Source of the DNA: Promethearchaeota archaeon
GTDB lineage: Archaea > Asgardarchaeota > Lokiarchaeia > Sigyniarchaeales > SOKP01
Assembly: GCA_048939995.1 (NCBI GenBank)
Contig: JBHLOY010000009.1
Location: forward strand, 32,001 to 96,000
Direction of reading: 5' to 3'
Length of the DNA stretch: 64,000 nt
Positions 28,731 through 38,708 of this stretch are shown here, piece after piece; position 1 is the first letter of the stretch, and each line of letters opens with the position of its first letter. The notes beneath the pieces are model-generated. The model did no database searches. It was given only the letters and a program-made list of their open reading frames with translations, and was not told where the DNA came from. A program made the position numbers and the translations under genes.

Positions 28731-29618
28731 ATGAGTGATGAATTAATAAAACAAATTAGACAGTTTCTAAAGAATGGCGATCTCTCAAATTATGAAGTTA
28801 GTGCTTTTATTGAACTTTTACAATCAAACTACTTAACAGCTCGAGAATTAAGTAAGAAGTCTGAAGTCCCTACAGGCAGAATTTATGAGATTTTAGAACA
28901 ATTAAAAGATAAAGGAATGATTGAAATTCAAGATTCTCGCCCTAAAGTTTATAGAGCAATACCTTTCAATACTGCTTTTCAAAATCTCATATCTTATTTA
29001 GATAATAAACGTAAAAATAAAGTTACATATTTATACGATCAAGTTAAGATTTTAGAACGTAATATCTTAAATTCTGAGATGTTTATTAAAAAAAATGATT
29101 CTCAACTATTTTGGTCAACAACTTTCGGTGCAATACCAATCTTGTCTTTATATGAACAGAAAATGAAGGAAGTTCATGAAGAACTTTTAATGACTGGTTT
29201 TATTAATGAAAATACTATAAAAGTACTCCCTTACGGAAAAGTTATATACAATGGAATTAGAAATGCTTTATCGCGAGGAGTTCAAGTGAAATATTTATGG
29301 AGTTTTGATTTTGATAATAGAGAGTTATCTAATGATTTAATAGAAAAAAATGAAGAACTTTATAGTGATATAAAGAATAAATTGAAGGAATTATTTGATA
29401 TTTCGGATGATATTAAAGGGTTTGAAATGAAATATATGCATAAGCGAATTCCATCTTACTATGATATTTTTGATACTAAACAAGTTTTATTGAAATTACA
29501 AAATCCCATTAATATATCTCAAATATATGCTTCAATAAATATAATCGATATTAATTTAGCTGAGGACTTGAAAAAGAGATTTCATCAGCTCTGGGTATTT
29601 GAAGGATTAAATATCTGA
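28731..29618 (+). CDS. TrmB family transcriptional regulator
   Basis: LSNYEV...TARELSKKSEVPTGRIYEILEQL..KG......RPKVYRA plus a C-terminal effector domain. Confidence 0.9.
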   Translation: MSDELIKQIRQFLKNGDLSNYEVSAFIELLQSNYLTARELSKKSEVPTGRIYEILEQLKDKGMIEIQDSRPKVYRAIPFNTAFQNLISYLDNKRKNKVTYLYDQVKILERNILNSEMFIKKNDSQLFWSTTFGAIPILSLYEQKMKEVHEELLMTGFINENTIKVLPYGKVIYNGIRNALSRGVQVKYLWSFDFDNRELSNDLIEKNEELYSDIKNKLKELFDISDDIKGFEMKYMHKRIPSYYDIFDTKQVLLKLQNPINISQIYASINIIDINLAEDLKKRFHQLWVFEGLNI

Positions 29619-29659
29619 GAAAATAAACTATATTAGAATTTCTATTATTATTATACTTA

Positions 29660-30085
29660 ATGAGTGCAAAGGAAGAACTTTCAATTGCTGCAATCGTATA
29701 TTTTAATGATGAATATCTAATACTAAAGTATGGATTAGGGCACTGGGAGTTCGTTAAAGGACATAAAGAAGATGATGAAACTGATGAAGAAACGATAATG
29801 AGGGAATTATTGGAGGAAACTGGTATTACTGACGCTGAAATTGTTAATGGTTTTAAAGGAAAATATGAGTATAACTTTACATTCAAGAAACAGAAAATCC
29901 ATAAATTAGTTTACTGTTATTTAATAAAGTCTAACTCCAAGGATGTTAGCTTAAGTTATGAACATGATGCCTTCAAGTGGCTACCTTTCGATAAAGCTAT
30001 TAAACAATTAACATACAGTAATGCTAAAAGGTTATTGAAAAAAGCTGAAACCTTTCGTAAATCCTCTTTAGCATCCTTCTATTAA
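29660..30085 (+). CDS. NUDIX hydrolase, Ap4A hydrolase-like
   Basis: HWEFVKGHKEDDETDEETIMRELLEETGI; LSYEH. Confidence 0.9.
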   Translation: MSAKEELSIAAIVYFNDEYLILKYGLGHWEFVKGHKEDDETDEETIMRELLEETGITDAEIVNGFKGKYEYNFTFKKQKIHKLVYCYLIKSNSKDVSLSYEHDAFKWLPFDKAIKQLTYSNAKRLLKKAETFRKSSLASFY

Positions 30086-30137
30086 CAAATTTTAAATTTG
30101 GGTTGCTTTTTAAATTTTAAATGTTTTCTATTTAATT

Positions 30138-30881
30138 ATGAATTTTATATTTTTAGTTGTTTTTGGTGTAATCATTATTTTAATCCTAATATTTGGTTTA
30201 CCTCGTAAAAACAACAAAAGAAAACCAAGTATAGAGGGAATTGATGATCCTGATGTGGCAAAAGCATTTGAAAGGATGTCAAACATACTTCCTTTTAAGT
30301 TATTAAGGAGAAAGATAGTCAATAAGTTGAAGAAGTATGATTTAAAAGGATTAGTAATTGATATTGGATGCGGTTCTGGAAACTTGATTATCCAAATTGC
30401 TAAAAATTTTAATGGTATTGAACCTTTGGGTATAGACATCTCTGATGAAATTTTGGAATTAGCCAAAAAAAGAGCTGCTTTAAATGGGGTTAATGATAAA
30501 GTAAAATTTAAAACTGGAAATGTAGAAAGTCTTCCGTTATCAGATAATTCAGCAGAATTTATTGTAAGCTCATTTTCATTGCATCATTGGATTTCTCCTA
30601 AAAAAGCCCTTAGTGAAGTTACTCGAGTTTTAAAAAAGGATGGTATTTTATTAATTTTTGACTTTCGAAGAGATTCCCGAAGATTTTTTTATGGTTTATT
30701 AAAGTTCGCTACTAAAATCGTTGCTCCTAAAGCATTAAAAAAGATTAATGAACCATTAGGATCGTTAAAAGCAAGCTATACAAAAGAGGAAGTAAGAGCT
30801 ATTTTATCAGATATAAATATCAGTGAAGTAAAAATAGAGTCTTTTTTAGCTTGGATGTTCATTATTATAAAAAAAGACTAA
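30138..30881 (+). CDS. Class I SAM-dependent methyltransferase, N-terminally anchored
   Basis: DIGCGSG, SLHHW, RVLKKDG; N-terminal TM helix. Confidence 0.9.
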   Translation: MNFIFLVVFGVIIILILIFGLPRKNNKRKPSIEGIDDPDVAKAFERMSNILPFKLLRRKIVNKLKKYDLKGLVIDIGCGSGNLIIQIAKNFNGIEPLGIDISDEILELAKKRAALNGVNDKVKFKTGNVESLPLSDNSAEFIVSSFSLHHWISPKKALSEVTRVLKKDGILLIFDFRRDSRRFFYGLLKFATKIVAPKALKKINEPLGSLKASYTKEEVRAILSDINISEVKIESFLAWMFIIIKKD

Positions 30882-30886
30882 AAATG

Positions 30887-31678
30887 TTAAAGAACAAATA
30901 TTTTTAATAATAAATAAACCCCTATGCCAAAAGCATAAATTGGAATCAAATATTTCCATATTTTGTTTGGTAATACCCTAACTAAGTAAGGAGCTAAGAT
31001 TGCGGCAAAAAAACCACCCGTAAAAATTGAGGGCAATATAACCAAATCGACATTAACTCCAGCAAAACTAATACCAAAAAATACTATTATTCCTGTTATC
31101 GATACTAAACCTTCTGCAAAAGAAACAATTGCTGTGGCACTTTTTTCGTAGATACCTGAAAAAATTTGTCCTAAAGTCACTACTGGACCATATCCTCCTC
31201 CACCGATCCCTTTATTGAAGCCAGCAAGTGCTGAAAAAGCGAATAACATTTTAGGCTTGTATTTATATGCTTTAATATTCTTCAATTTTAATCTTAATAA
31301 ACCAAGCATTCCCATAAAAACTACTAGCACTGCCACATAGATTTTAATCACATCTTCAGGAAATACAATCGCATAGTAGGAAAGAAAAACTGAGGTGAAA
31401 GTTGCTACACAACCAAAAAGCGCAATGTAAAGAGTAACCCTAGTAGTATCATTTAATGGTCGAAATGAAAATTGAACATTCTTGAACTCATGATCAAATA
31501 CAGCATCCATTATACCTGTAATAGCTTCAGAAATTAAAAGTGCTGGAACGACCTGAAGTGAATTATATCCCATAGATAACAATAATGGAGACAATCCTGT
31601 TCCAAAACCCATCCCAGCAGCTGAATCCAATGTTTCAAATATAAACGCTAGGATAATTATTATTAAGATTAGCTCCAT
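30887..31678 (-). CDS. TauE/SafE family anion (sulfite) exporter
   Basis: GMGFG and GIGGGGYGP motifs in a duplicated multi-TM architecture. Confidence 0.85.
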   Translation of the reverse strand: MELILIIIILAFIFETLDSAAGMGFGTGLSPLLLSMGYNSLQVVPALLISEAITGIMDAVFDHEFKNVQFSFRPLNDTTRVTLYIALFGCVATFTSVFLSYYAIVFPEDVIKIYVAVLVVFMGMLGLLRLKLKNIKAYKYKPKMLFAFSALAGFNKGIGGGGYGPVVTLGQIFSGIYEKSATAIVSFAEGLVSITGIIVFFGISFAGVNVDLVILPSIFTGGFFAAILAPYLVRVLPNKIWKYLIPIYAFGIGVYLLLKIFVL

Positions 31679-31686
31679 ATTTACAC

Positions 31687-31839
31687 CTATAAAACGAAAA
31701 AAAACAGAGTCATAATAGCAACGTATACAATAATTGCTCCAAATATCTTTCTAAAAGATGTCTTATTTATTCTTATCCTCTCAGAGATGCTTTTTTCATC
31801 TAATTCTTGCGCTTCCTTTCCTATTGTACAAGATTCCAT
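31687..31839 (-). CDS. Small 50-aa tail-anchored membrane protein (missing from ORF track)
   Basis: MESCTIGKEAQELDEKSISERIRINKTSFRKIFGAIIVYVAIMTLFFFVL*; ends 8 nt before the TauE start. Confidence 0.55.
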   Translation of the reverse strand: MESCTIGKEAQELDEKSISERIRINKTSFRKIFGAIIVYVAIMTLFFFVL

Positions 31840-32026
31840 TCTTATAAACTTTTAATGTTATTTAGTGATATTTAATGATTCTTAATTATGAGTAATTATA
31901 TGTTATTATTTAAACTTTTTGAAAAAAAAAAGATTATTGGCCTAAAAAATATACGTGTTTATAATAATTGGACTATAGAATAAATAAATTGGATAAAGCC
32001 TAAAATTTTATTTAGGTGAATTCTAA

Positions 32027-32524
32027 TTGAGTCTAAAAAGGCATAATGGTCAGGTGAGGGAATTTCCACATACTCATATATATCATGCATTATTACCTGT
32101 AATTTTTATTTCATTTTGGGTTATAGATTCTCAACTTTTTCATTTATCAACTATCTTGAATTCTTTCGTACCTTTTTATATACGTATAATTTTGGCTGCT
32201 AGTATATTTATTATAGCACTAATATTGATACTATTATCGCATAGAACTTTGTTTAAATCACATCAACCGCCAAATATTTTAATCAAAAATGGAATTCTGG
32301 CGTATGTCAGAAATCCAATGTATTTAGGCATCTTATTAATTTATATAGCCTTCATATCTTTCTCTATTTCAATTATTTGCATTGGACTTTTTTGTTTTGT
32401 TTTTCTAATTTATAACAAGATGGTGAATTTTGAAGAAAAAATTCTCGAAAATATGTTCGATGAAGAATATTTGAATTACAAGAAGAAAGTTTCTAAGTGG
32501 ATTCCAAATCCTTTTAAGAAATAA
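32027..32524 (+). CDS. Isoprenylcysteine carboxyl methyltransferase/PEMT family membrane methyltransferase
   Basis: LIKNGILAYVRNPMYLG...EEKILENMFDEEYLNYKKKV..WIP. Confidence 0.88.
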   Translation: MSLKRHNGQVREFPHTHIYHALLPVIFISFWVIDSQLFHLSTILNSFVPFYIRIILAASIFIIALILILLSHRTLFKSHQPPNILIKNGILAYVRNPMYLGILLIYIAFISFSISIICIGLFCFVFLIYNKMVNFEEKILENMFDEEYLNYKKKVSKWIPNPFKK

Positions 32525-32570
32525 GAATCTCAGATAATTAAATCTTAAATATTAGACTTTTTGAAGAGAA

Positions 32571-32660
32571 ATGAAAAAATGGAATAAAGCAATCCTTATT
32601 ATTTTATTAATTCTACTTTTAATAATCCCTACTATCATAACTGTCATTTTATTTTTGTAA
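32571..32660 (+). CDS. 29-aa single-TM microprotein (missing from ORF track)
   Basis: MKKWNKAILIILLILLLIIPTIITVILFL* after GAAGAG. Confidence 0.4.
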   Translation: MKKWNKAILIILLILLLIIPTIITVILFL

Positions 32661-32762
32661 AATCAAGAAGGAATTATTAAAATAGTTAATAAATTAATAA
32701 CTAAACTTATTTTAAAAAATCTATAATAATTAAATATAGTTTCCAAGATATGTGAGATTCTT

Positions 32763-33746
32763 ATGATTCAGAAAAAAATTACCTCGTTCCCAGAAATAGT
32801 AAATATATCCTCAAAATTCAATATGAAGGAAAAAATCATCTTACATCGGGGTTTATCTTATGATTTTTTGAGGAAGCTTCCTAGCAAGTTAATTAGATTG
32901 ATAATTACGTCCCCACCGTACAATTTAGGCAAAGATTACGAAATTGAGAAGGAGTTCGAAGAGTATTTGTTAGAACAAGAATTAGTTATTAAGGAATTAG
33001 TTAGAGTATTAGCAAATAATGGTAGTATTTGTTGGGAAGTAGGGAATTATATAGAAGAAGGAGAAGTTTATCCATTGGATATATATTTCTACAATCTTTT
33101 TAAAAAGTATTCATTAAAATTGAGGAATAGAATAATCTGGCATTTTGGACACGGTCTGCATTGTAAGAATAGGTTTTCTGGAAGGTACGAAACAATTTTA
33201 TGGTTTACAAAATCTAACGATTATATTTTTAATTTAGATGAAGTAAGAGTACCACATAAGTATCCTGGCAAAAAAGCATATAAAGGACCTAATAAAGGAA
33301 AACTTTCTGGGAACCCTCTAGGAAAAAATCCTTCTGATGTATGGAAATTGTTATCTAAAGATTGGAAGAATTCATTTTGGGAATTTCCAAATGTTAAATC
33401 AAATCATCCCGAAAAAACAATTCATCCATGTCAATTTCCAATCGAATTGGTTGAAAGATGCGTATTAGCATTAACTAATGAAAATGATTATATATTGGAT
33501 CCATATTGTGGTGTAGGTTCAAGTCTTATTGCAGGAATAAAAAATAATAGAAAAGTAATAGGGATTGATAAGGAATTGAAATATATAAATATCGCTAAAG
33601 AGAGGATAAATGCTTATTTTGAAGGAATTCTAAAAATTCGTCCACTAGGAAAAAAGATACACCAGCCTAGTGGTAGGGAGAAAGTTTCTCAAATACCTAA
33701 AGAGTGGCAAAATTCAAAGGAGAATTTAGATGGACCACCATCATAA
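32763..33746 (+). CDS. DNA amino-methyltransferase, class beta (SPPY; M.BglII-like), orphan
   Basis: TSPPYN, RNRIIWHFGHGLH, GKNPSDVW, HPCQFP, DPYCGVGS. Confidence 0.9.
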   Translation: MIQKKITSFPEIVNISSKFNMKEKIILHRGLSYDFLRKLPSKLIRLIITSPPYNLGKDYEIEKEFEEYLLEQELVIKELVRVLANNGSICWEVGNYIEEGEVYPLDIYFYNLFKKYSLKLRNRIIWHFGHGLHCKNRFSGRYETILWFTKSNDYIFNLDEVRVPHKYPGKKAYKGPNKGKLSGNPLGKNPSDVWKLLSKDWKNSFWEFPNVKSNHPEKTIHPCQFPIELVERCVLALTNENDYILDPYCGVGSSLIAGIKNNRKVIGIDKELKYINIAKERINAYFEGILKIRPLGKKIHQPSGREKVSQIPKEWQNSKENLDGPPS

Positions 33747-34395
33747 TAAACATGAATGGACAGAGGAACGATCAAAACGATTTATAAGGTTAGTGAAAGA
33801 AAAAGTATATAAAAGTCGTTATATTCCATTTGCCAGAAAAATTGTTTATTTTATGGAAAAATATAAAATTGACTTAAATTCCACGATAGTAGATATTGGA
33901 TGCGGTCCTGGATATCTTCTAATTGAAATCCGAAAAATATTACCTGATATAAAAATAATAGGTGTAGATGCATCAGATCTTATGATAAATACTGCAATTG
34001 AAAAAGCTAAAGAATTAAATATTAAAAATTTTGAATTTAAGAAAGCTTATGCTGAAAATATTCCAATTCAAAATAGTCTTATTGATCTTTCCACATGTTA
34101 CAATAGTCTTCATGATTTTAAGGATTGGAAACTTGCTATTAAGGAGATTTTTCGAATTTTAAAACCAAATGGCATTTTTATTCTCCTTGATAGAAGTGGA
34201 GCTTATCCTAAATGGAAATTCTTTTCAGTGATATTTAGAATTGGTTTAAGGAATGCAATACGATATTTTAAGACAAGACATTCATGGTTAGATCCAAAGA
34301 TTATTGAAAAGCTTATGATAGATGTTGGATTTCAAGTATTATTTTTGGAGAAGAAAGAGCATTACATTATTGTTGGTAAAAAAAGTAACAAATAA
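33730..34395 (+). CDS. Class I SAM-dependent methyltransferase
   Basis: DIGCGPG, SLHDF, RILKPNG. Confidence 0.9.
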   Translation: MDHHHNKHEWTEERSKRFIRLVKEKVYKSRYIPFARKIVYFMEKYKIDLNSTIVDIGCGPGYLLIEIRKILPDIKIIGVDASDLMINTAIEKAKELNIKNFEFKKAYAENIPIQNSLIDLSTCYNSLHDFKDWKLAIKEIFRILKPNGIFILLDRSGAYPKWKFFSVIFRIGLRNAIRYFKTRHSWLDPKIIEKLMIDVGFQVLFLEKKEHYIIVGKKSNK

Positions 34396-34414
34396 TTTTT
34401 TATAATTCTAAAAA

Positions 34415-35530
34415 TTGCACTTATTTATGAATGAAACTGAATCAGATGTTTATCGTAATCTTCAAAAGCATCTTGATAAAATGCCAGTAGGTTTTCCCGC
34501 AACAGATTCTGGTGTAGAGATTCGAATTTTAAAGCATTTATTTACTCCAGAACAAGCAAAATTAGTATTATATTTAGATTTTCAACCAAAACCCTTAAAT
34601 AAAATATTTAGAAAAGTAAAGAAAACAGCCCTTACGTTAATAGAACTTGAAAATAAATTGGATGAGATGTATAAGAAGGGGATTATTAACTTTGGTGAAG
34701 TCAATGGGGAAAAATTCTATGCTACTGCAGCTTTAGCAATAGGTATGTATGAATATCAATTGAATTCCCTCACAGAAGACTTTGTGAAGGACATCTATCA
34801 ATATTTTGAAGAAGCTTTTATAAACGAATATAATAGTAGCGGAATCCCTCAACTACGTACAATTCCCATTGAGCAAAGCATCGCTCATGAGCAAACAATC
34901 TCAACCTATGATGATCTTAGATCAGTTATAGAAAATATTGGAGAACCCATAGGAGTAGCTGAATGCATTTGCAGGAAAGCTAAGGATCTTATCGAGGATC
35001 CATGTAAGAAAACCGATTTAAGAGAAATTTGCTTTAGCTTTAGAACTGCTGCAAAATACTATATGAGCCGTGGTTTTGCAAAAGAAATTTCAAAAGAAGA
35101 AGCTTTGAATCTTTTAGAAAAAGCTGAAGAGGATGGATTAGTATTACAACCCGGAAATTCAATGAGACCAATGTGCATTTGTTGTTGTTGTGGGTGTTGT
35201 TGTGAGTTGCTTGTTAGTCAAAATAGACTTGCTGAACCAGCACAATTTTTTGCATCCAACTACTATGCCAAAGTTGATGAGGAGTTATGTATAGGATGCG
35301 CTACATGCGAAGAAAGGTGTAATATTGGAGCTGTTCATATTGAGGATGCTATAGCTCGTGTAGATATAAAACGATGTATTGGTTGTGGAGTTTGTGTACC
35401 AACATGTAATTCTGAAGCAATTAAACTCTATATGAAAGATAAAGAAATTATTCCACCAGAAAATACTGCTTCTACCTATAAAGCAATTATGGATAAAAAA
35501 GCTGAGTTAGCAAGATTAGAAAAAACTTAA
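34415..35530 (+). CDS. 4Fe-4S dicluster ferredoxin-domain protein with Cys-rich core
   Basis: CICR, CICCCCGCCC, CIGCATCEERC, CIGCGVCVPTC. Confidence 0.88.
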   Translation: MHLFMNETESDVYRNLQKHLDKMPVGFPATDSGVEIRILKHLFTPEQAKLVLYLDFQPKPLNKIFRKVKKTALTLIELENKLDEMYKKGIINFGEVNGEKFYATAALAIGMYEYQLNSLTEDFVKDIYQYFEEAFINEYNSSGIPQLRTIPIEQSIAHEQTISTYDDLRSVIENIGEPIGVAECICRKAKDLIEDPCKKTDLREICFSFRTAAKYYMSRGFAKEISKEEALNLLEKAEEDGLVLQPGNSMRPMCICCCCGCCCELLVSQNRLAEPAQFFASNYYAKVDEELCIGCATCEERCNIGAVHIEDAIARVDIKRCIGCGVCVPTCNSEAIKLYMKDKEIIPPENTASTYKAIMDKKAELARLEKT

Positions 35531-35626
35531 AATTTTCTATAATTTTCAATAGTTTTAAATTAGACTATCTATTAAATTTGATAACTAAAATTAAAAAAAA
35601 ATTAACAACTAGAGAGAAAATTAAAC

Positions 35627-36217
35627 ATGAGTGATGAAGTTAGTGAAGAATCAGTTTGGACAGGAATGATAAGGAAATATTGGTATGCAATAATACTCTA
35701 TGGTATTGCTATTATCGGTGCTATTATAGGAGTTATCTTAGTATTTCTGACATTTATTGCAGCCCCAGATATAGCTGGAGGAGGAACTTGGACTTTTGCA
35801 CAATTTTCTGTAGGCGCTTTGATACTATGGTTTATATTTTTATTCTTGTGGGAATTACTATTGGTAGGGCTCCCTGTTATTGGGTATCTTGCCATAGTAA
35901 CAGTGATCTTTTGGTTTGTAGTTTTATCTGAAGAAGATAAAGCTATAATTAAAAGTAGGGAGAAAAAAGAGAGAAAAGTTAAAAAGACTAGTGGTGGTAG
36001 CGGAGCTGCTGGATTTCTATTCTTTATCGCATTCATTTTAGTTCTTGTAATTGATGGCAATTTGTTTGCTGCATTTGATACATTACCTTATACATATTTT
36101 CTATTTGCTTATCTTGTAGGTGTTATGTGGACCGTTATCGTTCTGGGTATTCCTGTATTGATTATCGTTATAATTTATTATGGATATAAAGAATCAAAAA
36201 AACAAAAATCAGAATAA
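35627..36217 (+). CDS. Hypothetical multi-TM membrane protein
   Basis: Four hydrophobic segments, RBS-like GAGAG, followed by a U-tract. Confidence 0.7.
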   Translation: MSDEVSEESVWTGMIRKYWYAIILYGIAIIGAIIGVILVFLTFIAAPDIAGGGTWTFAQFSVGALILWFIFLFLWELLLVGLPVIGYLAIVTVIFWFVVLSEEDKAIIKSREKKERKVKKTSGGSGAAGFLFFIAFILVLVIDGNLFAAFDTLPYTYFLFAYLVGVMWTVIVLGIPVLIIVIIYYGYKESKKQKSE

Positions 36218-36221
36218 TAGA

Positions 36222-36240
36222 TTTTCTTTTTTTTTTTTAT
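36222..36240. terminator. U-rich terminator candidate between convergent genes
   Basis: TTTTCTTTTTTTTTTTT just after the 36217 stop. Confidence 0.45.
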
Positions 36241-36247
36241 TATAAAA

Positions 36248-38578
36248 TTATATTTTAATTGAAGGATCAAACACCTTTTTCTCAATTAGGTTCAAAATTA
36301 CTTCTGCTTCTTTAGCTTGAAATCCTCCTTTTTGTGAGATTAGGTTAGATACAAAAAAATAATTCACTCCTTTTTGTTTCATAATAATCTTTGCTAATTC
36401 AATAAACTCTTTCTCATTAGAGGTTAATTTTATGGTTGATGCATCATTAATCTGAAGGGGGTAAATCAAGCTGACAGGTAGATGGTGTTCAATAAGATCT
36501 GTTATACCAGTGAATTTACTTACTTCTCCATCAAATCGTTCTAAATCTTTCCCATAATTTTGGTCAATATCATAAGATAACTGCTTTATTGACTCAAGGA
36601 AGTCTTCAGAAGGGCTCTCCTTCATTATAAGAGTTATTCTAAAATTCTTGAATTCAGACATCAATATTTTAGAATCCTGATATTCGAGCTTAACGGTTTG
36701 GGATTGTTGATTTGAACCTGTGAGATCCAGGCCAAAACTTCTAATTGCTTCTAAGAATCCAGAAATTAAAGAGGCATCTATACTCTTACTTGCAAAAATT
36801 TTATCATAAATATTAATTCCAGAATTTTTTTCGATAATTAATAAATAATCCAAATTCAAAATATCCATATATTTGTTAAAAATACTTTGTCGATATGTTG
36901 CTCTTTCTTTTTTAACTTTCTTGACTACTTTAAATGATGTGAATGCACTTACCGCGACTATAGAACCAACAATTGCAGTTATTATAAGGATGAGAGGCAA
37001 AATATCTATATTGACCAAAAATGTTTCCGATTTAATTCCAGCGGCGGTTATTGTATTCCAAAAAACATAAGCAACGTATGCTCCTTCATTTGGATTAGCT
37101 GATAAAGTGTAATTATATACAGTTTCAGTTAGTGTTACAGGGACTCGCTTTCTATCTATCTCATATCCTAATGAATCTCTTAAAATGAATGTATAGTTGC
37201 CCTCTAAAAGAGGAGCAATTACAGAATACTTTAATTCTTGTGATTGCTCGAAATTTTTTTTAGGTGTATTTAGAGTTAATGCAACGTTTGGAGAATTAGC
37301 TCTTATTTCCCAATCAGCACCATCAATAATGGTATTATTGGGAATAATTATTACTTTTCCAATAGGATCAATATTAACTTGGGAAGAGATGTTTATCCCA
37401 TCTCGAAATACTGCTGGGTTAAACCAATTGGAGGGATAATCAAACTTCACTGAATGATTTATATATAATCTTGAAATAATAGGAGTAAGTGTCCAGTTAT
37501 TATCTTGACTTTCTTGCATCGTTACATATCCACTGGAGAAAAATAAATTTTTAAGATTTAGGTGGTAAGTTAAATTAAACAATAATTCTACTGAGTTGTT
37601 ATTCCAGATTTCAATATTTAGGGCATCATCGCCAGGACTATAATCTACTCCTTTGATTGTGAGATTACCCGTTCCGATTTCGGGTCCATTTGTTATTTTA
37701 TAAATACCACCATTTAATTCTGCAGTCATATTTATACTCTCGGGGAAATAGGTTTTGCTTGTTCTTTGAAGAACTTTATATAAGAATGGTGAGCCTTGTT
37801 TTCCTCTTGTCCAGTGCCAAACTGTAAGCTCACGTACATAAAAAGAGATATGAAGGTTTGGATGGTTTGGATTTGCATCATTGTAAAACCAATATATTGT
37901 TGAACCTTCAATCGCTATAAACTGAGTGACATTTAAGAGTAAATAATATTGTCCTATTGAAAGATCAACAGGATTTTGAAACTTTTGGTAATGCCACCCC
38001 AAACTATTCGTCATATTTAATTTTGTTGAGCCATAAATAATATTATTTGGTGAATCTGGTAATAATCCCCCGGAATTATATCCATTTATTTGTACATTCG
38101 TTATATCTACGATTGCTGGAGAGGTAGCAACCCCATAAATATAAACTCCAAAAATTTTAGTTGGCTCAGTAATATTTATTTGAACGCCCATTCCACGCAC
38201 ATCTTTCCCGAGAGTATGAAATCCAACAGTAGTATTATCTTCTATAGTAATGATCTCACGTTCAAGTTTTATATCAGTAAAATTAAGATTAATTTGAGTA
38301 ACATTCCAAGTTGATGAGGGTAATGGGATTTTTATGGAACTATTACTCTCTTGTGTATCAATATTATCTGCTAACTCAATCATATGAAGATGTGTTGGAG
38401 TTGTTAGTGTAATTCCATTATATTGAGCTAAGGATATTTTAGAATTGAATAAAAAGCTAAAAAGAAACATTGAAATCATTCCATAAATAAATAAAACTCT
38501 AAATTTTTTACTTTTCACCATAATTTCCCCATACCTCATTATAGAAATAATTTTAACTGCATTTCTAATCTTAATCAA
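36248..38578 (-). CDS. Single-pass receptor-like protein with cytoplasmic longin-like domain (paralog 2, subtype B; start probably MVKSKK, ~38521)
   Basis: Same architecture as 9440..11713; DASLISGFLEAIRSFG...QTVKLEY.DSKILMSEF; ends NLIEKKVFDP. Confidence 0.8.
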   Translation of the reverse strand: MIKIRNAVKIISIMRYGEIMVKSKKFRVLFIYGMISMFLFSFLFNSKISLAQYNGITLTTPTHLHMIELADNIDTQESNSSIKIPLPSSTWNVTQINLNFTDIKLEREIITIEDNTTVGFHTLGKDVRGMGVQINITEPTKIFGVYIYGVATSPAIVDITNVQINGYNSGGLLPDSPNNIIYGSTKLNMTNSLGWHYQKFQNPVDLSIGQYYLLLNVTQFIAIEGSTIYWFYNDANPNHPNLHISFYVRELTVWHWTRGKQGSPFLYKVLQRTSKTYFPESINMTAELNGGIYKITNGPEIGTGNLTIKGVDYSPGDDALNIEIWNNNSVELLFNLTYHLNLKNLFFSSGYVTMQESQDNNWTLTPIISRLYINHSVKFDYPSNWFNPAVFRDGINISSQVNIDPIGKVIIIPNNTIIDGADWEIRANSPNVALTLNTPKKNFEQSQELKYSVIAPLLEGNYTFILRDSLGYEIDRKRVPVTLTETVYNYTLSANPNEGAYVAYVFWNTITAAGIKSETFLVNIDILPLILIITAIVGSIVAVSAFTSFKVVKKVKKERATYRQSIFNKYMDILNLDYLLIIEKNSGINIYDKIFASKSIDASLISGFLEAIRSFGLDLTGSNQQSQTVKLEYQDSKILMSEFKNFRITLIMKESPSEDFLESIKQLSYDIDQNYGKDLERFDGEVSKFTGITDLIEHHLPVSLIYPLQINDASTIKLTSNEKEFIELAKIIMKQKGVNYFFVSNLISQKGGFQAKEAEVILNLIEKKVFDPSIKI

Positions 38579-38708
38579 AATATTTAAATTTAAGAGTATA
38601 ATTTTCCCCAGAATTATTATATTAAAACATTTTTAGGGGATTTTGTCTATTGACTATAATTAATCTTTTTATAATTAAACGGCAAAGATATTATTATTTA
38701 ATATACAG

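Noticed and set aside
32027-32524. ICMT homolog as evidence for CAAX-type prenylation of the Rab-like GTPase
   Set aside because: The GTPase has no C-terminal cysteine, and ICMT/PEMT homologs are widespread in prokaryotes.
35174-35203. TGT-rich run as a microsatellite or selenocysteine signal
   Set aside because: It simply encodes the CICCCCGCCC motif of this Fe-S protein family; there is no in-frame TGA.
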